Assembly (NCBI RefSeq): GCF_041956535.1
Contig: NW_027192191.1
Coordinates: 1,568,087 to 1,632,086 of the forward strand
Origin: Calcarisporiella thermophila CBS 279.70
Lineage: Eukaryota > Fungi > Calcarisporiellomycota
Reading direction: 5' to 3'
Length of the DNA stretch: 64,000 nt
Part shown: positions 1-11,272 of the stretch, one piece after another
Layout: each line of letters begins with the position of its first letter
How positions within the stretch are numbered: the first letter of the stretch is position 1
Program-made: the position numbers and the translations under genes
The notes under the pieces: generated by a model
Database searches by the model: none
The model's input: the letters and a program-made list of their open reading frames with translations, nothing else
Told to the model about the DNA's origin: nothing

Positions 1-31
1 CCTTGATGACCTTGTTTCTATTGCTTTGCAG

Positions 32-954
32 GCGGACCTGCTTATTCTCTTTGGAGCTGGGCATGAATCAACCCAAGGGTATATATTTGTCTCTGTCCCT
101 CTATTGATGTGCACACCTCCAAGACTTCCCCGAGAAACATCTTATTGATCTCTCGTCCCATTAGCTCTCTCTCGCTTGTCCTCTATTTCCTTGCCGTCCA
201 TCCTGAGTACCAAGAATTAGCTCGGCAAGAAGCTGATAGCATCCTATCTGAGTTTGATCGCATGCACATCCCAAACGTTGAACAATGCAGACACATGAAA
301 TACATCGACTGCATTATCAAGGAGGTGCGCAACTCCATTTTCCGATAATTCACTTGGGATGAAGCAACTAACTACAAACGCTATCCCTGTTATAGAGTCT
401 TCGTTTGCACCCCCCTGCTTCTCTAATAGGCCCTCGCGTGTTGGAAACCCCCATGAAAATAGGGGACGAGACATTCCCCCAAGGCACTTATTTGCTCGCT
501 AATCTCTTTGCTCTGCAGAATTCATCACGAACGTGGAAAGATCCAGAGCGGTTCTGGCCGGAGCGCTTTCTTCCTGAGAATAACCCGCCCCGTGACGCTT
601 GGATGCCGTTTAGCGGAGGGCCGCGCATTTGCGTAAGATATTTTCCCCATAAACTGTTCACATCCAATACTTATGGTTATCACCACTCCTAATGTCTTCA
701 CTCCTCCATAGCTAGGGATGCAATTTTCATTGACTGAGCAACGCGTCGTGGTCTCTATGTTGCGTAAGACTCTAGTTTTTTTTTCCTTAAGAGGTTCAAC
801 CCGCCTTATATATATTTATAACTCTCTCTAAGTTCGTAATTATACGTGGAGTCTGCCTGCCGACTCACCGCATGCAAACGGTCTCAAGACAAATCCTATT
901 TTCGGCCCTGTTCACTTGCAAAATCTCAAGCTTAATTTCAAGCGACGGAATTGA
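32..954 (+). CDS. Cytochrome P450, 3' part (5' end lies outside the window), multi-exon
   Basis: Spliced exons give the I-helix GAGHEST, the K-helix ExxR (KE|SLR), PERF and the heme motif FSGGPRIC|LG. GT-AG introns lie between them. Stop TGA at 952-954. Confidence 0.95.
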
Positions 955-1866
955 GCCTATGCTTGACCGTCCGGAGATTCGAAAAGAACGGAGCGAGCTA
1001 GATAGATATTGAACCTTGAGCCTGTTATATGAACACTTCAATTTCCATTTATTTACTCCTGTAGAATCGAGGATTCGATTCTAACCATGTGTCTTTAGAA
1101 CAATTTTGTTTCGTCTTCTTCTCTGCGTAGCACCGATACTAACTATTAGGTATTAGATTGTAGTTTGTAATATTAGGCCGTAATGAATAGAATTAGGGGG
1201 GGGGACTGGCTGTTTTGACTTGAATGAAGACTCTCTTTCAACTGAATCATAAAAGGTTGCAGAAACAGGGGAATCATAATGAAATGGGTGCTGAACTCAT
1301 TGGGTCTTCACCAGTAGACTTACTCTACTACAAAGCCCCTCCTCAACGAAGAGTTGCTTTAGATCATAATGAGGCTAGGCAATGTCTGGTGGCTGGCCAT
1401 GAACACGCCTGCTAGAGGCCATATATGTCTCTTCGTGTTTTGGATGCTGAAACTTGGTGTTCATTACGGCACAGGTTTCCAGTCGCCGCCGCACAATTGA
1501 TGAAGGATCCCAATATGGATAAAATTAATCATGGTTCAAGTACACCTCTAGCAACACGTGAGCCTACCATGCATTTCAAAAGGGAGCATTTTTTGGATTT
1601 ACACGAGGCCGAAGTTTAAGCGAGGCTGCAATTTGAGCTGCAGGAATCTAATTCGAGCCTAGGGCCGGCGAGCAAATGAAAATGGCGCGTGGGGATTATC
1701 TAATGGAAGCTGACCCTAGGTAGATTAATTAGCTTTGGATGCTACGGAACTGGGCCGGATGGCCTCAGGTCAATTTGGCCGCCCAACCTTCTGCGATCCG
1801 GGTTTCCCAAGATTGATGATTCGGATTGCTTCATGGTGAGATGATTGAATACGTTTGTTTCAGGAA

Positions 1867-1891
1867 CCTTGGCACCCCGCTCACACCAAGG
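1867..1891. promoter_or_regulatory. Candidate PacC/Rim101 site (TGCCAAG on - strand, 1868-1874) within a CCTTGG...CCAAGG inverted pair
   Basis: Motif seen about 260 bp upstream of the pacC-like ATG. The GCCARG consensus and PacC autoregulation are known from Aspergillus and yeasts. Confidence 0.35.
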
Positions 1892-2133
1892 CGAGAGAAG
1901 GCTCTCACGGAGGGGAGCTGAGCCGGGGGAATCCGGCGTTAATCAGCGGGGCGCTGCGAGAGCTCCACAAGCTTCCATGAACTCGCTGGCTATCGCCATA
2001 TAAGCTGCTTTGTTGCTCATAACCTTTGCGGCTCTTTTTGGTATGCTTACTTTATCCAAACCGGTTGCCCAAATTCATGATCTGGGGAAATTGGCTGTTT
2101 AGCACAAATTACTCTGCTTATCTCTATTTCGCT

Positions 2134-4325
2134 ATGAGCGCAAGCATTCCTCTAATGAAAGCATTTAAACCGCCTCCTGTTCCTCCCTCCCACTCGCAAC
2201 CCATGCCCCTCTACTCGAATCCTCCCCCCCATACCCTAAATGTTGGCAACAGCCCATGTTCCCATACAACGCCCGCTCTGGTCGTTCCACCGCCAAATCC
2301 TGCCGACACCGAGTTTATCTGTTATTGGGATCGCTGCTATTTGAAGTTTGATGATGTCGAATTACTCTATGAGCATTTGTGTGAGGATCATGTTGGAAGG
2401 AAAGTCCTGAACACACTGTGTCTGGAGTGCAAGTGGGAGGGGTGCAGTGTGCAAAAATCCAAGAGAGATCATATTACATCCCATGTCCGAGTCCATTTGC
2501 CGCTAAAGCCTTTTGTTTGCAAGGTTTGATATCCAACAGTTGCCAACCCATTTCCATGGATTCCCCACGCTTAAACTAACAACTTTTTTAATATCACTTC
2601 ATTCTAGTACTGTGATAAAAAATTCAAGCGAGCACAGGATGTTCGAAAGCATACACGAAAGCATTTCGAGCCTACGGTGAGACGCAAACGGCAACCCAAA
2701 TCACGGCAGTCGCGGCAGCTGCTGACACCACCTCATACGTTCTCGGATCTCTCTCCAAATATGGGTAGTGACAATTCAATTCCGCAATTGATGTCTCCAA
2801 TGAGTGGGAATTCTGAATGTATGCAACTTCTTCCTGCTTGTTTGTAATGAAAATCACTGATCTGTCTTCCCTCCCTCCCTGTACTTCATAGCGTCTTCAC
2901 CAAGTGTGGGAAAAGAGGATGTCACCTCTTCGTTTTCATCATTTGCTATATTTGAAAACTCTCTTCATTACGGGGAAGGTCAAGGCATTCGCGAAGGAGA
3001 GACCTGGCTGGAGCCAGGAGTAAGCATCGATGGATCGGGATTGCTGTTTGAAAATTTGCTTGGAGACACGGTCAGGAGCAAACGAATAAAACCAGAATAT
3101 GATCAGAGTAAACCGTCTTGTTTATCAGCTTTTTTCGTTTCAGCTTGCTCACCTCCTCTTTACTACAGATATGATGCAGTATCTTGACTCCCTTGCCACT
3201 ACTTTTCCTCCCGGCACCTTTTCCGGCGATAATTTCCAAGATATATCCCACAGCACCAACATGGATATCTCAAGTATCACGAGCGATCCTCAAGAACTCT
3301 ACGAACTGGATCACTGGCTTTCACAACTCTGTGCGAGTATGCATCAGGCTGGCACACTCAGTCCGACCTTCCAATCGACCGAGTCAACTAAGTATATGAA
3401 CTTGGCCCCAGATTTCCATACACCTACGCCCGAAGGAATGAAGGAGGAAGAAAAGGAGCCGATATCAGATATAGATCCCAGCATAGTCAGTGGGCTGAAG
3501 GAGGATGTGTTTTTAGGAGCTGCCCCCGGAATTTATTCTCCTCCGAATATCTCATCATCATCTCTCTTCTCCGCTTCTCCCAATGGGCCTACCACCGTAC
3601 CCGAACCGGAGACGACGACCACTCCACAACCACCGGTTCCTGCCCCCCGGTTTATAGCCTCGAGATTCGGGAACTCTAGATTTATGTTTATGAAACATGA
3701 GGCTATCTCGCTCTCGTCTTCAGAGAAAGAAGAGGAGGAGAAAGAGATAGACGTATTAGGCGAAATGTTTAATATGATTTCAAGCACTCCGGAAACAGCA
3801 TCGAAATCGACCTTTTCAAATGTAGACAAGGATGCCGATAACGACAATAAACCTCGTGAAGGGGTTATGGAAGAGAAGGACACCGTGGAGGCTAACGCAA
3901 TACTGAGCAAGGAGACACTGGCAGAAGAACTGTCTGAAAGTTTGGCTGGTCTACAGATCGGCAGCACGGATAATCCCGAGAGCATTCAAGGAGAGAACAA
4001 AGAGGATACAAGGAATACAAGAGAAACGCAATTAGAAGAACAGGCAAGCGGAGAACAAACTGGTTCCTCGGGGCATACAAACACTAGCGCGGATAGAGGT
4101 GAGACCCAAACTGTCAGAAGAGAGCCAGACAAAACTGGACAGGAGGGCGAATCAGAGTCGAGAAGGGAAGAAGTCAGAAAACTGGCGGAAAATGAGACTG
4201 GATCTCAGCCTTCATCCCCAGCTGGCGCGGACAGGGATCGCTTTTCTAAGCATGCGATGTTGGTGGATCGGCTTCGAAAAGCTGTTACCGAAGCGCTCCA
4301 AAAGCGCAAGCGTGAAGAAGCGTAA
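2134..4325 (+). CDS. pacC: PacC/Rim101-like C2H2 zinc-finger transcription factor (4 exons)
   Basis: Three zinc fingers: [44 protein letters not shown]|[19 protein letters not shown]. This matches the PacC/Rim101 signature. Introns at about 2524-2607, 2819-2891 and 3108-3168. Acidic, low-complexity C-terminus. Confidence 0.85.
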
Positions 4326-4696
4326 AGGGAGGTTATGTGCGACTTAAAACTATACTTTTTTATACTTATAAAGTTGAGACCTACACTACACGATATAGGC
4401 TGATGGTATATTCTTTTTGTTGTATAAGTGCGTGGTAAATACCTTTGTTCATTGATTAGTTTCTGTTATTTCTTGTATCTTTTTCTTTATTATCGCTAGT
4501 GATCCGAAGGCCTTTAATGAAAAAATGGGCGCTATTAATTTCCCCCTTCAAACAGACATACAACCCATCCATCAAACAAAAAAATATATTCTATACAATG
4601 CTCAAAAGCAAGTGAAAAAAAAGAACATAGTACAACAAAACGAATATAATCAAATAGCATAGATCCCAAGAGGTCAAAAAAAAAAGAAAACTAGAA

Positions 4697-6285
4697 TTAT
4701 CGAACATATATGGTATCATACTCATGATCTGACTCATGTATAGCTGTCAATCCTAATCGATCCTCCTCGAATGAATTCATGACAATGGTCTCCTCATCCT
4801 CTCCATCCCCTCCGCCACCAGCCCTGACTACTCCATTTGGGCCAGGATTGTGGTCAAAACTCATACGCGTGAGATTGCTCACACTGCCGTTAGGATGGTG
4901 TCGGTGGATGGAGAGGCTTAAGCTCGGCCTCGGTAACCGATCGAGCAATGCCGATTCTCTCGCATTGTCTGTTGTTCGCGTCGAGTTTAAGAGGTAGACC
5001 CCGGCAAATATAGTCAGGAAGCCGGAGAAAAGGGATGCAACCTCCACTGTGCTAGTAGTGTTGAATCCCTGATACAGGATGACAGATGCTATGATGGTTG
5101 CGGTGGTGAAAAATACGTAGTAAATCGGATTAACCCTGGTAAGAAAAAAAAATTGGAACGAGATTGAGAGAACATGTCAACAACACCTCCCCGGAGTATT
5201 CATCAAGCATCACATACACACTGGTCGAAAACGTATCTAATGCACGATTGAAATAATTTAGTTGGGTAAGGATACATAGTACGGTTATTATCATGAAAAC
5301 GTAGGTCGATGGATGCGAAAACTGATTGTTGCCGGCAAATGTCAATTTGAGCGCAATCCCAAACCCTTGAACGGACATGACGGAAATGGAACCGACCAGC
5401 GAACATATTGAGAGGTAGACTAAAGGATTCTTTTTGCCGTATTTGGGCGAGATCTGGAATATCATAAAACTGCTAAAGGCAACCACGAAGACAAAGTAGA
5501 AGATGAAGGCGGGCTGAAAAGCATAGTATAGGATTTCATCTACAGTTTGAATATCCTACAATAACGAAAAAAAGGAGTTGGCAAGAATCTCCGAGTGTAT
5601 TCGAGTAATCCTATATCCCAACCTTCCCCTTGGGCGCATGAAGCACAATCACGATTGAGCCTATCAAACAGAGCATGCAGCCAACTTTTCCGATATTCCC
5701 AAGCTCTTCCTTTAGTAAAAAGGATGCAAGTATTGCTCTAAGAAAATTCATAAAATCAGCCATTCTACGCCAATTATAATTAGATAAATTAAGTGCAATA
5801 CCCTATTAGTACTGATAATGCCCCAAGTGGTGTGACAAGAATAGCTGGAGCAAAAGAATAGGCGGCAAAATTGGCAACTTCACCGAGGGCCACTGTAGAC
5901 GATAGAGTAATTAGATATTTGCCTAGATACTCTCACGGAAACAGAAGAAGCTACTCGTTATCATTCCCAGCCACCAAAGGGAGTTTTGAAAGTAGGAGTA
6001 TGTGTCACTTGCGGTTCCTTTGATAAAATGACACAACATTGATGAGTTTAGCCTACATTCTTCTGCTGGATATAGGCCCAAAGTGAATAGCAGACTGTAC
6101 CATTTCTTCCATCAGATGCGGCTTCTATTAGACCCTTCTTTGTAATGATAAAACTGACACCAATGAGAAGTGATGATGAGATTGCGAGCAATAGGCCTAT
6201 ATATCTTTCATTAGACAGAATGTAAGCAAGCGATTTCACTTCACTAGCAAAACACAGAGCTTATTAGCTACTTGTCATCCAACAT
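4697..6285 (-). CDS. NIPA-family magnesium transporter (multi-exon)
   Basis: MLDDK|[83 protein letters not shown] and PIYYVFFTT are typical of Mg_trans_NIPA. Confidence 0.93.
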
Positions 6286-6528
6286 GGCTTTTACATGAAG
6301 CAATTGCGCCGATGCACTTATGAAATGACGAAAACGAGTCGGAAGTATTTTCTAACTTCTTAACGCGTTTCTGGACCCCCTAATCCCCAAAGAAAATGTC
6401 CCTTTCATATCGCTAAGCCACAAAACGGAGATAATTTATAGCATATTATTATTATTATTCTAACTCTTCATCCAAAATCACTTCACTTTTCAAAAGACCA
6501 TCAGTATTCGCACGCAATTGCATCGGGA

Positions 6529-7470
6529 ATGGTAGATATAGAAATTTATGATGAAGAACAAAAGTCTCTGTTCCTGTCATTCTTGACCATTATGATCTCT
6601 GAGATCGGGGACAAAACCTTCCTGATCGCGGCCATTATGGCCATGAGACACTCACGGCTGCTTATTTTCTCAGCGGCCTTCTCCTCTCTTCTCATAATGT
6701 CCGTTCTCTCAGCATATCTTGGTCACGCAGTCCCGCAACTTATTCCCAAGGAGTATACATATTATCTTGCCACATTGCTTTTCTTGGTATTTGGTTTGAA
6801 GATGGCGTGGGAGGGCTACCACATGACCGGAAATGAAGCGCAGGAAGAGATGAAGGAAGTAGAAGAAGAGCTTGAGGAACACGACCAGATCGAACTAATG
6901 CGGGACGTGGAGGAAGGTGTTGCCAATGGCGATGACAATGATAAGGAAAGGAAGAAACGGAAAGTAGTGCAAAAGGATCAGAGTCTGAAAGAGGGGTTTA
7001 TCAATCTGCTGCAGCTCATTTTTTCACCCGTATTTGTGCAAGCTTTCGTACTCACATTCTTGGCCGAGTGGGGGGATCGTTCGCAAATTGCAACAATAGC
7101 GCTGGCAGCCGCCCACGTAAATAGCAGTGACCTTTCCTCAACAAGTATTGGCTTCTAACCATTTTCAATGGTATATAGGAGGTGCATTGGGTCATGCTTG
7201 GCACCATTGTAGGCCACAGTATATGTACCGGAATTGCAGTGTTTGGAGGGCGAATGCTAGCATCTAAGATCTCTGTACGAACAGGTAAGCAATTATACGG
7301 TTCGTATCAGGGTGACCAGGCTCCATCTAAAAACCATGTTATTCTGGACAGTAACTCTCGTCGGATCCTTCCTTTTCATCTGCTTCTCGTTCCTTTATCT
7401 CTACGAATCATTAGCGGATAACCCAGATGCATTTGAATTTCATATGCGAGAACACCATACTAGCAACTAA
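6529..7470 (+). CDS. GDT1: GDT1/TMEM165 (UPF0016) Golgi Ca2+/Mn2+ transporter (3 exons)
   Basis: Both family motifs are present (SEIGDKT and AEWGDRSQ), with an acidic central loop and GHSICTGIAVFGG. Stop at 7468-7470. Confidence 0.95.
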
Positions 7471-8053
7471 CCCCTATTTCTTCTTTTCATTCTCTCTTAT
7501 ATTATATTGCTTTTAGATTTCTCTCCTTTCCTTATTCTTATATCTTCTGTTATTTTTCAATGCATGACAGGACAGGTCTCCTGGTTTCTTTTTTCTCTCT
7601 TTCTACCCCCCTCTTATTAATCCGTTCTCCCGGAGATGAGCAAAAGGAAGCCGACTGGATCAATATATTCCTCTGCTCCTGAAATTTTATCGAGCATACT
7701 AATAACTGAGAGGGTGTGTTTTTTTATATTTTTTTTCGGCCTGTTTTTTATGCTATAAATAGATTTTGATCATGTTATTCATTGATGATAATCGGCATTT
7801 TTCGAGATCAGATAGGACAGGTTTAGATGGTTTGAAAGATAGAATTGTTCGCTCTAAGGCCCAATACTCCAGAAGCAGGGCTCCCAGGCTTATTTGGCTG
7901 CCAGGGCGGGCGATTTCGTTATGACACCATTTTTATCAGTAGATGTGACTACTCATTGGGAAAATACAAAATAGAAACCCTCTAATTCGCCCCCCAAAAA
8001 CATCTCTCAGGATAAGCAAAATAACAAAGTAGAGCGCTCGAAATCGGGGTGTG

Positions 8054-8315
8054 ATGTTCGCCTTGCGTTCCTTCCTTAGCACCCTCTCTCGCCCGACACT
8101 TTCTTCTGTACGGTCACCCGTGCCCACCCAGATTGTCAATCATGTGCGAGAGAAGAGCGCACTAGCGATTGGAAAAGGAGGAAAAACCGCCAAATACAAA
8201 ACGAAATTGAAGGTCCACCATTGTCTTCATCAATGCAGTAGGAGGATCTAACTAATTTCATTCATCATTTATTTAGGCTAAGCAACGTCGTCGCCGTGCC
8301 AGAGCGCAATCATAG
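8054..8315 (+). CDS. 65-aa basic microprotein with a mitochondrial presequence-like N-terminus (2 exons)
   Basis: Exon 8054-8212, intron 8213-8276 (GT..CTAAC..TTTAG, phase 0), exon 8277-8315. Protein: MFALRSFLSTLSRPTLSSVRSPVPTQIVNHVREKSALAIGKGGKTAKYKTKLK|AKQRRRRARAQS*. AATAAA follows downstream. Confidence 0.75.
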
Positions 8316-8504
8316 ACGCAAGGATAAAGATTGTTTTGGTCTTGCGCTAATTTTATTATTTTTTTTTGTAAAAATAAAATTTTGTCTGCAACCATTAAAT
8401 AGGCCTTGCTCGTCTCGTCGTGCTCCAAATCACTTTCATTATTAAGAAAGAATAAAGCGTATAAAAATTAATAAACTGGAAAAAAATGTACAATGTAAGT
8501 GTGA

Positions 8505-11018
8505 TTATTTAGAGTCAAAACGAAAATGTTCCAGGAGTGTCCCAAGGCTAGGCTTCCCCTCAGAAGTGGTGGAGTCAAAGCTTTTTCGCTCCTTCGGCTT
8601 TCCAAGACCGACAGGGCGTGAGCGGAAGAGGGGTGCGTGCGAATGCGGAGCAGATTTGGGTTTCGCTTCTGAGTACGGGAGACCTATATCAACTAAAATA
8701 TTAGCATGTTAATAGCAAGACTAAATACTCGAGAAAGCATACTTTTGGGATGGTCGGGTTTGGGCTTTAAGTTAGAGGTGCCAGGATCAGTTTGATCTTC
8801 TACTTCAAGTTGCTTGCCGTCTGATCTTGAAAACCGCTTTCTTAGACTCATGGCTACTAGCCTGAGATTTTCTTTGCTCTCTCGCTCCATCTCGTCTTCA
8901 CCACTTATATATTCGCAATTAACACTTTTACTTTCTGCTTGATCAGAGTTCATCCCCCAATTACCCCCGGTGTATACATCCGTATCTTCGGGAGTGCAGG
9001 GCATATCTTCTTGTGAAGTGCCTACGTAAGAGTCGCTCTTCGTCAGCGAGGGCTGTGAAGTGAAAAGTGACTCTGCGGTGGGTCGTGCTTTTTCGAAAGT
9101 GGAAAAGGAGGAGATGGTGGTGGAGGATTCGGTGGACAAGGATACAGGCACAGGACGTCGAAAGAAATTAAAAAAGCGGCTAACGGTGTGAGGTTGTCTA
9201 TGAAGAGAGGAGGTTGAATCGCTGGGAAAAGTGTCGAGGCCACAAATATCCTCGTCTGTGCGTTGACGCTTGATATTGGTATCGAGACGCACCGATTCAC
9301 TAGAGCGCTTTTCAACAAAAGGGGTGACGTGGGCAGTTGCCATTGGGAGAAAGAGATTACTCGGAGGTTGACTACTCTCTGATGTGACCTTTTGTGTGCC
9401 GTGAGAGGTGGAGTTTTTTGTAGAAGAAGTCGCCTTGGCTACCAAAAGTAATTTGCAATGAATAGGCGTAGAGAGAAAGAAAATGCGAAGCGATATTACC
9501 GAAAAACGACATGATTGTCTTGGTGGGTTTATTATTGGTCACTGTGGATTTACTGAGCTTTTGGATGGTGGTTATTTTGGAAGTTTTTCTATCCGATGTA
9601 GGCACAATGCTGGGTGCGTATTGTGTTTGCTATTTTCGACGCAACACAATAGATCCCTGTTAGTTTACGGCATTAAAGAAACAGTCATAAATGTCGACAC
9701 TAACCACTACATTCTCTTTTTCGTTAAGATAGTCACCCACGTCGTCCTGTAAAAATTTAATGCTTGCTAGCGGTAATTTGATGATTGGGCAGGTGATTCC
9801 CTCCGCTATTGACTTGGCAATCGATGGTTCAAGGAAAGGGCCAAGAAACTCCATCATTGAAATGTCAAGATCCTCTGGAACTGGGTTAAGCGTGCTGAGG
9901 GCGGCAGTCTCGGGGTCATAGACACGTTGATAAAGAAAAGTAAGTTCAGCTCGCTGAAACCCTTGCTCGTAATCTGGTGGAATTTTCATTTGATTTTCCA
10001 GACGGAGTGCCTTTAGGGCCTTGAATAGCAATGCCATTTAAGCAACAGTGGCAATTAAAAATAGAGTGCGATTGAATTTACCCTATCGGCAGTCTTGTAT
10101 CGATTGATGTATTTATGTGCTTTTTTTATCCCCATCCCAGGGATCGATGGAAGATAGTCGCACCCGGATAAGATACACATATGTCGCAACATATCTTGAG
10201 TCCAGCCGTTCAAATTAATATGTTGGGTTGAGTTCATATCCTCCCGTCGAATTTCAACACCATTGCCATATTGATCTAATTTGAAAATGACCTAATTCCA
10301 TAGCTGTTAGGCAAAAAAAACCAGGGTACTTGCGTTAAATGAGAAATATACCCTTTTACAACCGAAAACCAACAGATCGGAATCTTCTGTGATAATAGCC
10401 GATACTCTTCCAATCTTTTCTAGGTATGCTAATTGAGCATCCGCTTCATAAGGAGCAACATAATACTCGATGTTTTCCGCGCGTAAAACCTATTTTGAAT
10501 TTCAAATTAGCCTACACAAAATATAGATCAATCAGAACAATAACAAAAATACCTGGATGAGTTGATATGCCATCTGTGGAGTAACATCGATGCCCTTTTG
10601 AAAGTATTCGGTTGCTTCTTTTCGTTTACCTTTGTGACATAGTGCCTTTGCTTTAGCGAGACATTCTTTTCGTTTTCTACGCGCGGAAAATAATCACTGA
10701 AGCTCTTATATAAGGCTGGCAATAGCATCAATCTTACTCTTTTCGTTCTTTCTCCGTGTGCAATTTCGATGGCAGTGCTCCTCCATCGAATACCACCAGT
10801 GGCTTTACACCATTGAATATTAGCATGCGTAGCCGATGGACACAGTAATCAACAAACTTGGTGGTTGGTTTGTTCTGTGCCAGATCCCACGCACATGCAA
10901 ACGCTCCCTTGTGCAGCCAGACATATCCATCGATGGCAACCGTCTGTCCCGCATAGTCCTTAATATGCACAGGACGCTGGATTGACTTAAAAAGAGGGAG
11001 TAGGCCCTGAATGCCCAT
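8505..11018 (-). CDS. EXO1: Exonuclease 1 (XPG/Rad2 family), multi-exon
   Basis: [50 protein letters not shown]3[31 protein letters not shown]. Long disordered C-terminus ending LEHFRFDSK*. Confidence 0.96.
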
Positions 11019-11145
11019 TCGATCAAATGGGTTTTAAATAATTTTCTTGTCTTTACAACAATGGGTGGGAGTTAATAAAACATAGAAGGTATGAACGCAA
11101 CATAAGACAGGAGAGAAACTCAAATAATCAGTTTATTACAGCATA

Positions 11146-11234
11146 ACGCGAATTTATTCGAGAGGAGGATGCTGCTAAGTATTTAAATCCACTTTTCGTG
11201 TTTCTGGCGCAGCATATTAATGAACAACGCGAAA
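11146..11234. promoter_or_regulatory. Two ACGCGAA(A) SCB/MCB/E2F-like elements in the EXO1-APC1 bidirectional promoter
   Basis: ACGCGAA at 11146-11152 and ACGCGAAA at 11227-11234, in the 254-bp gap between divergent start codons. Confidence 0.45.
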
Positions 11235-11272
11235 TAGAAAATTTACCAAAATACGTGATTATCATATTTAGA

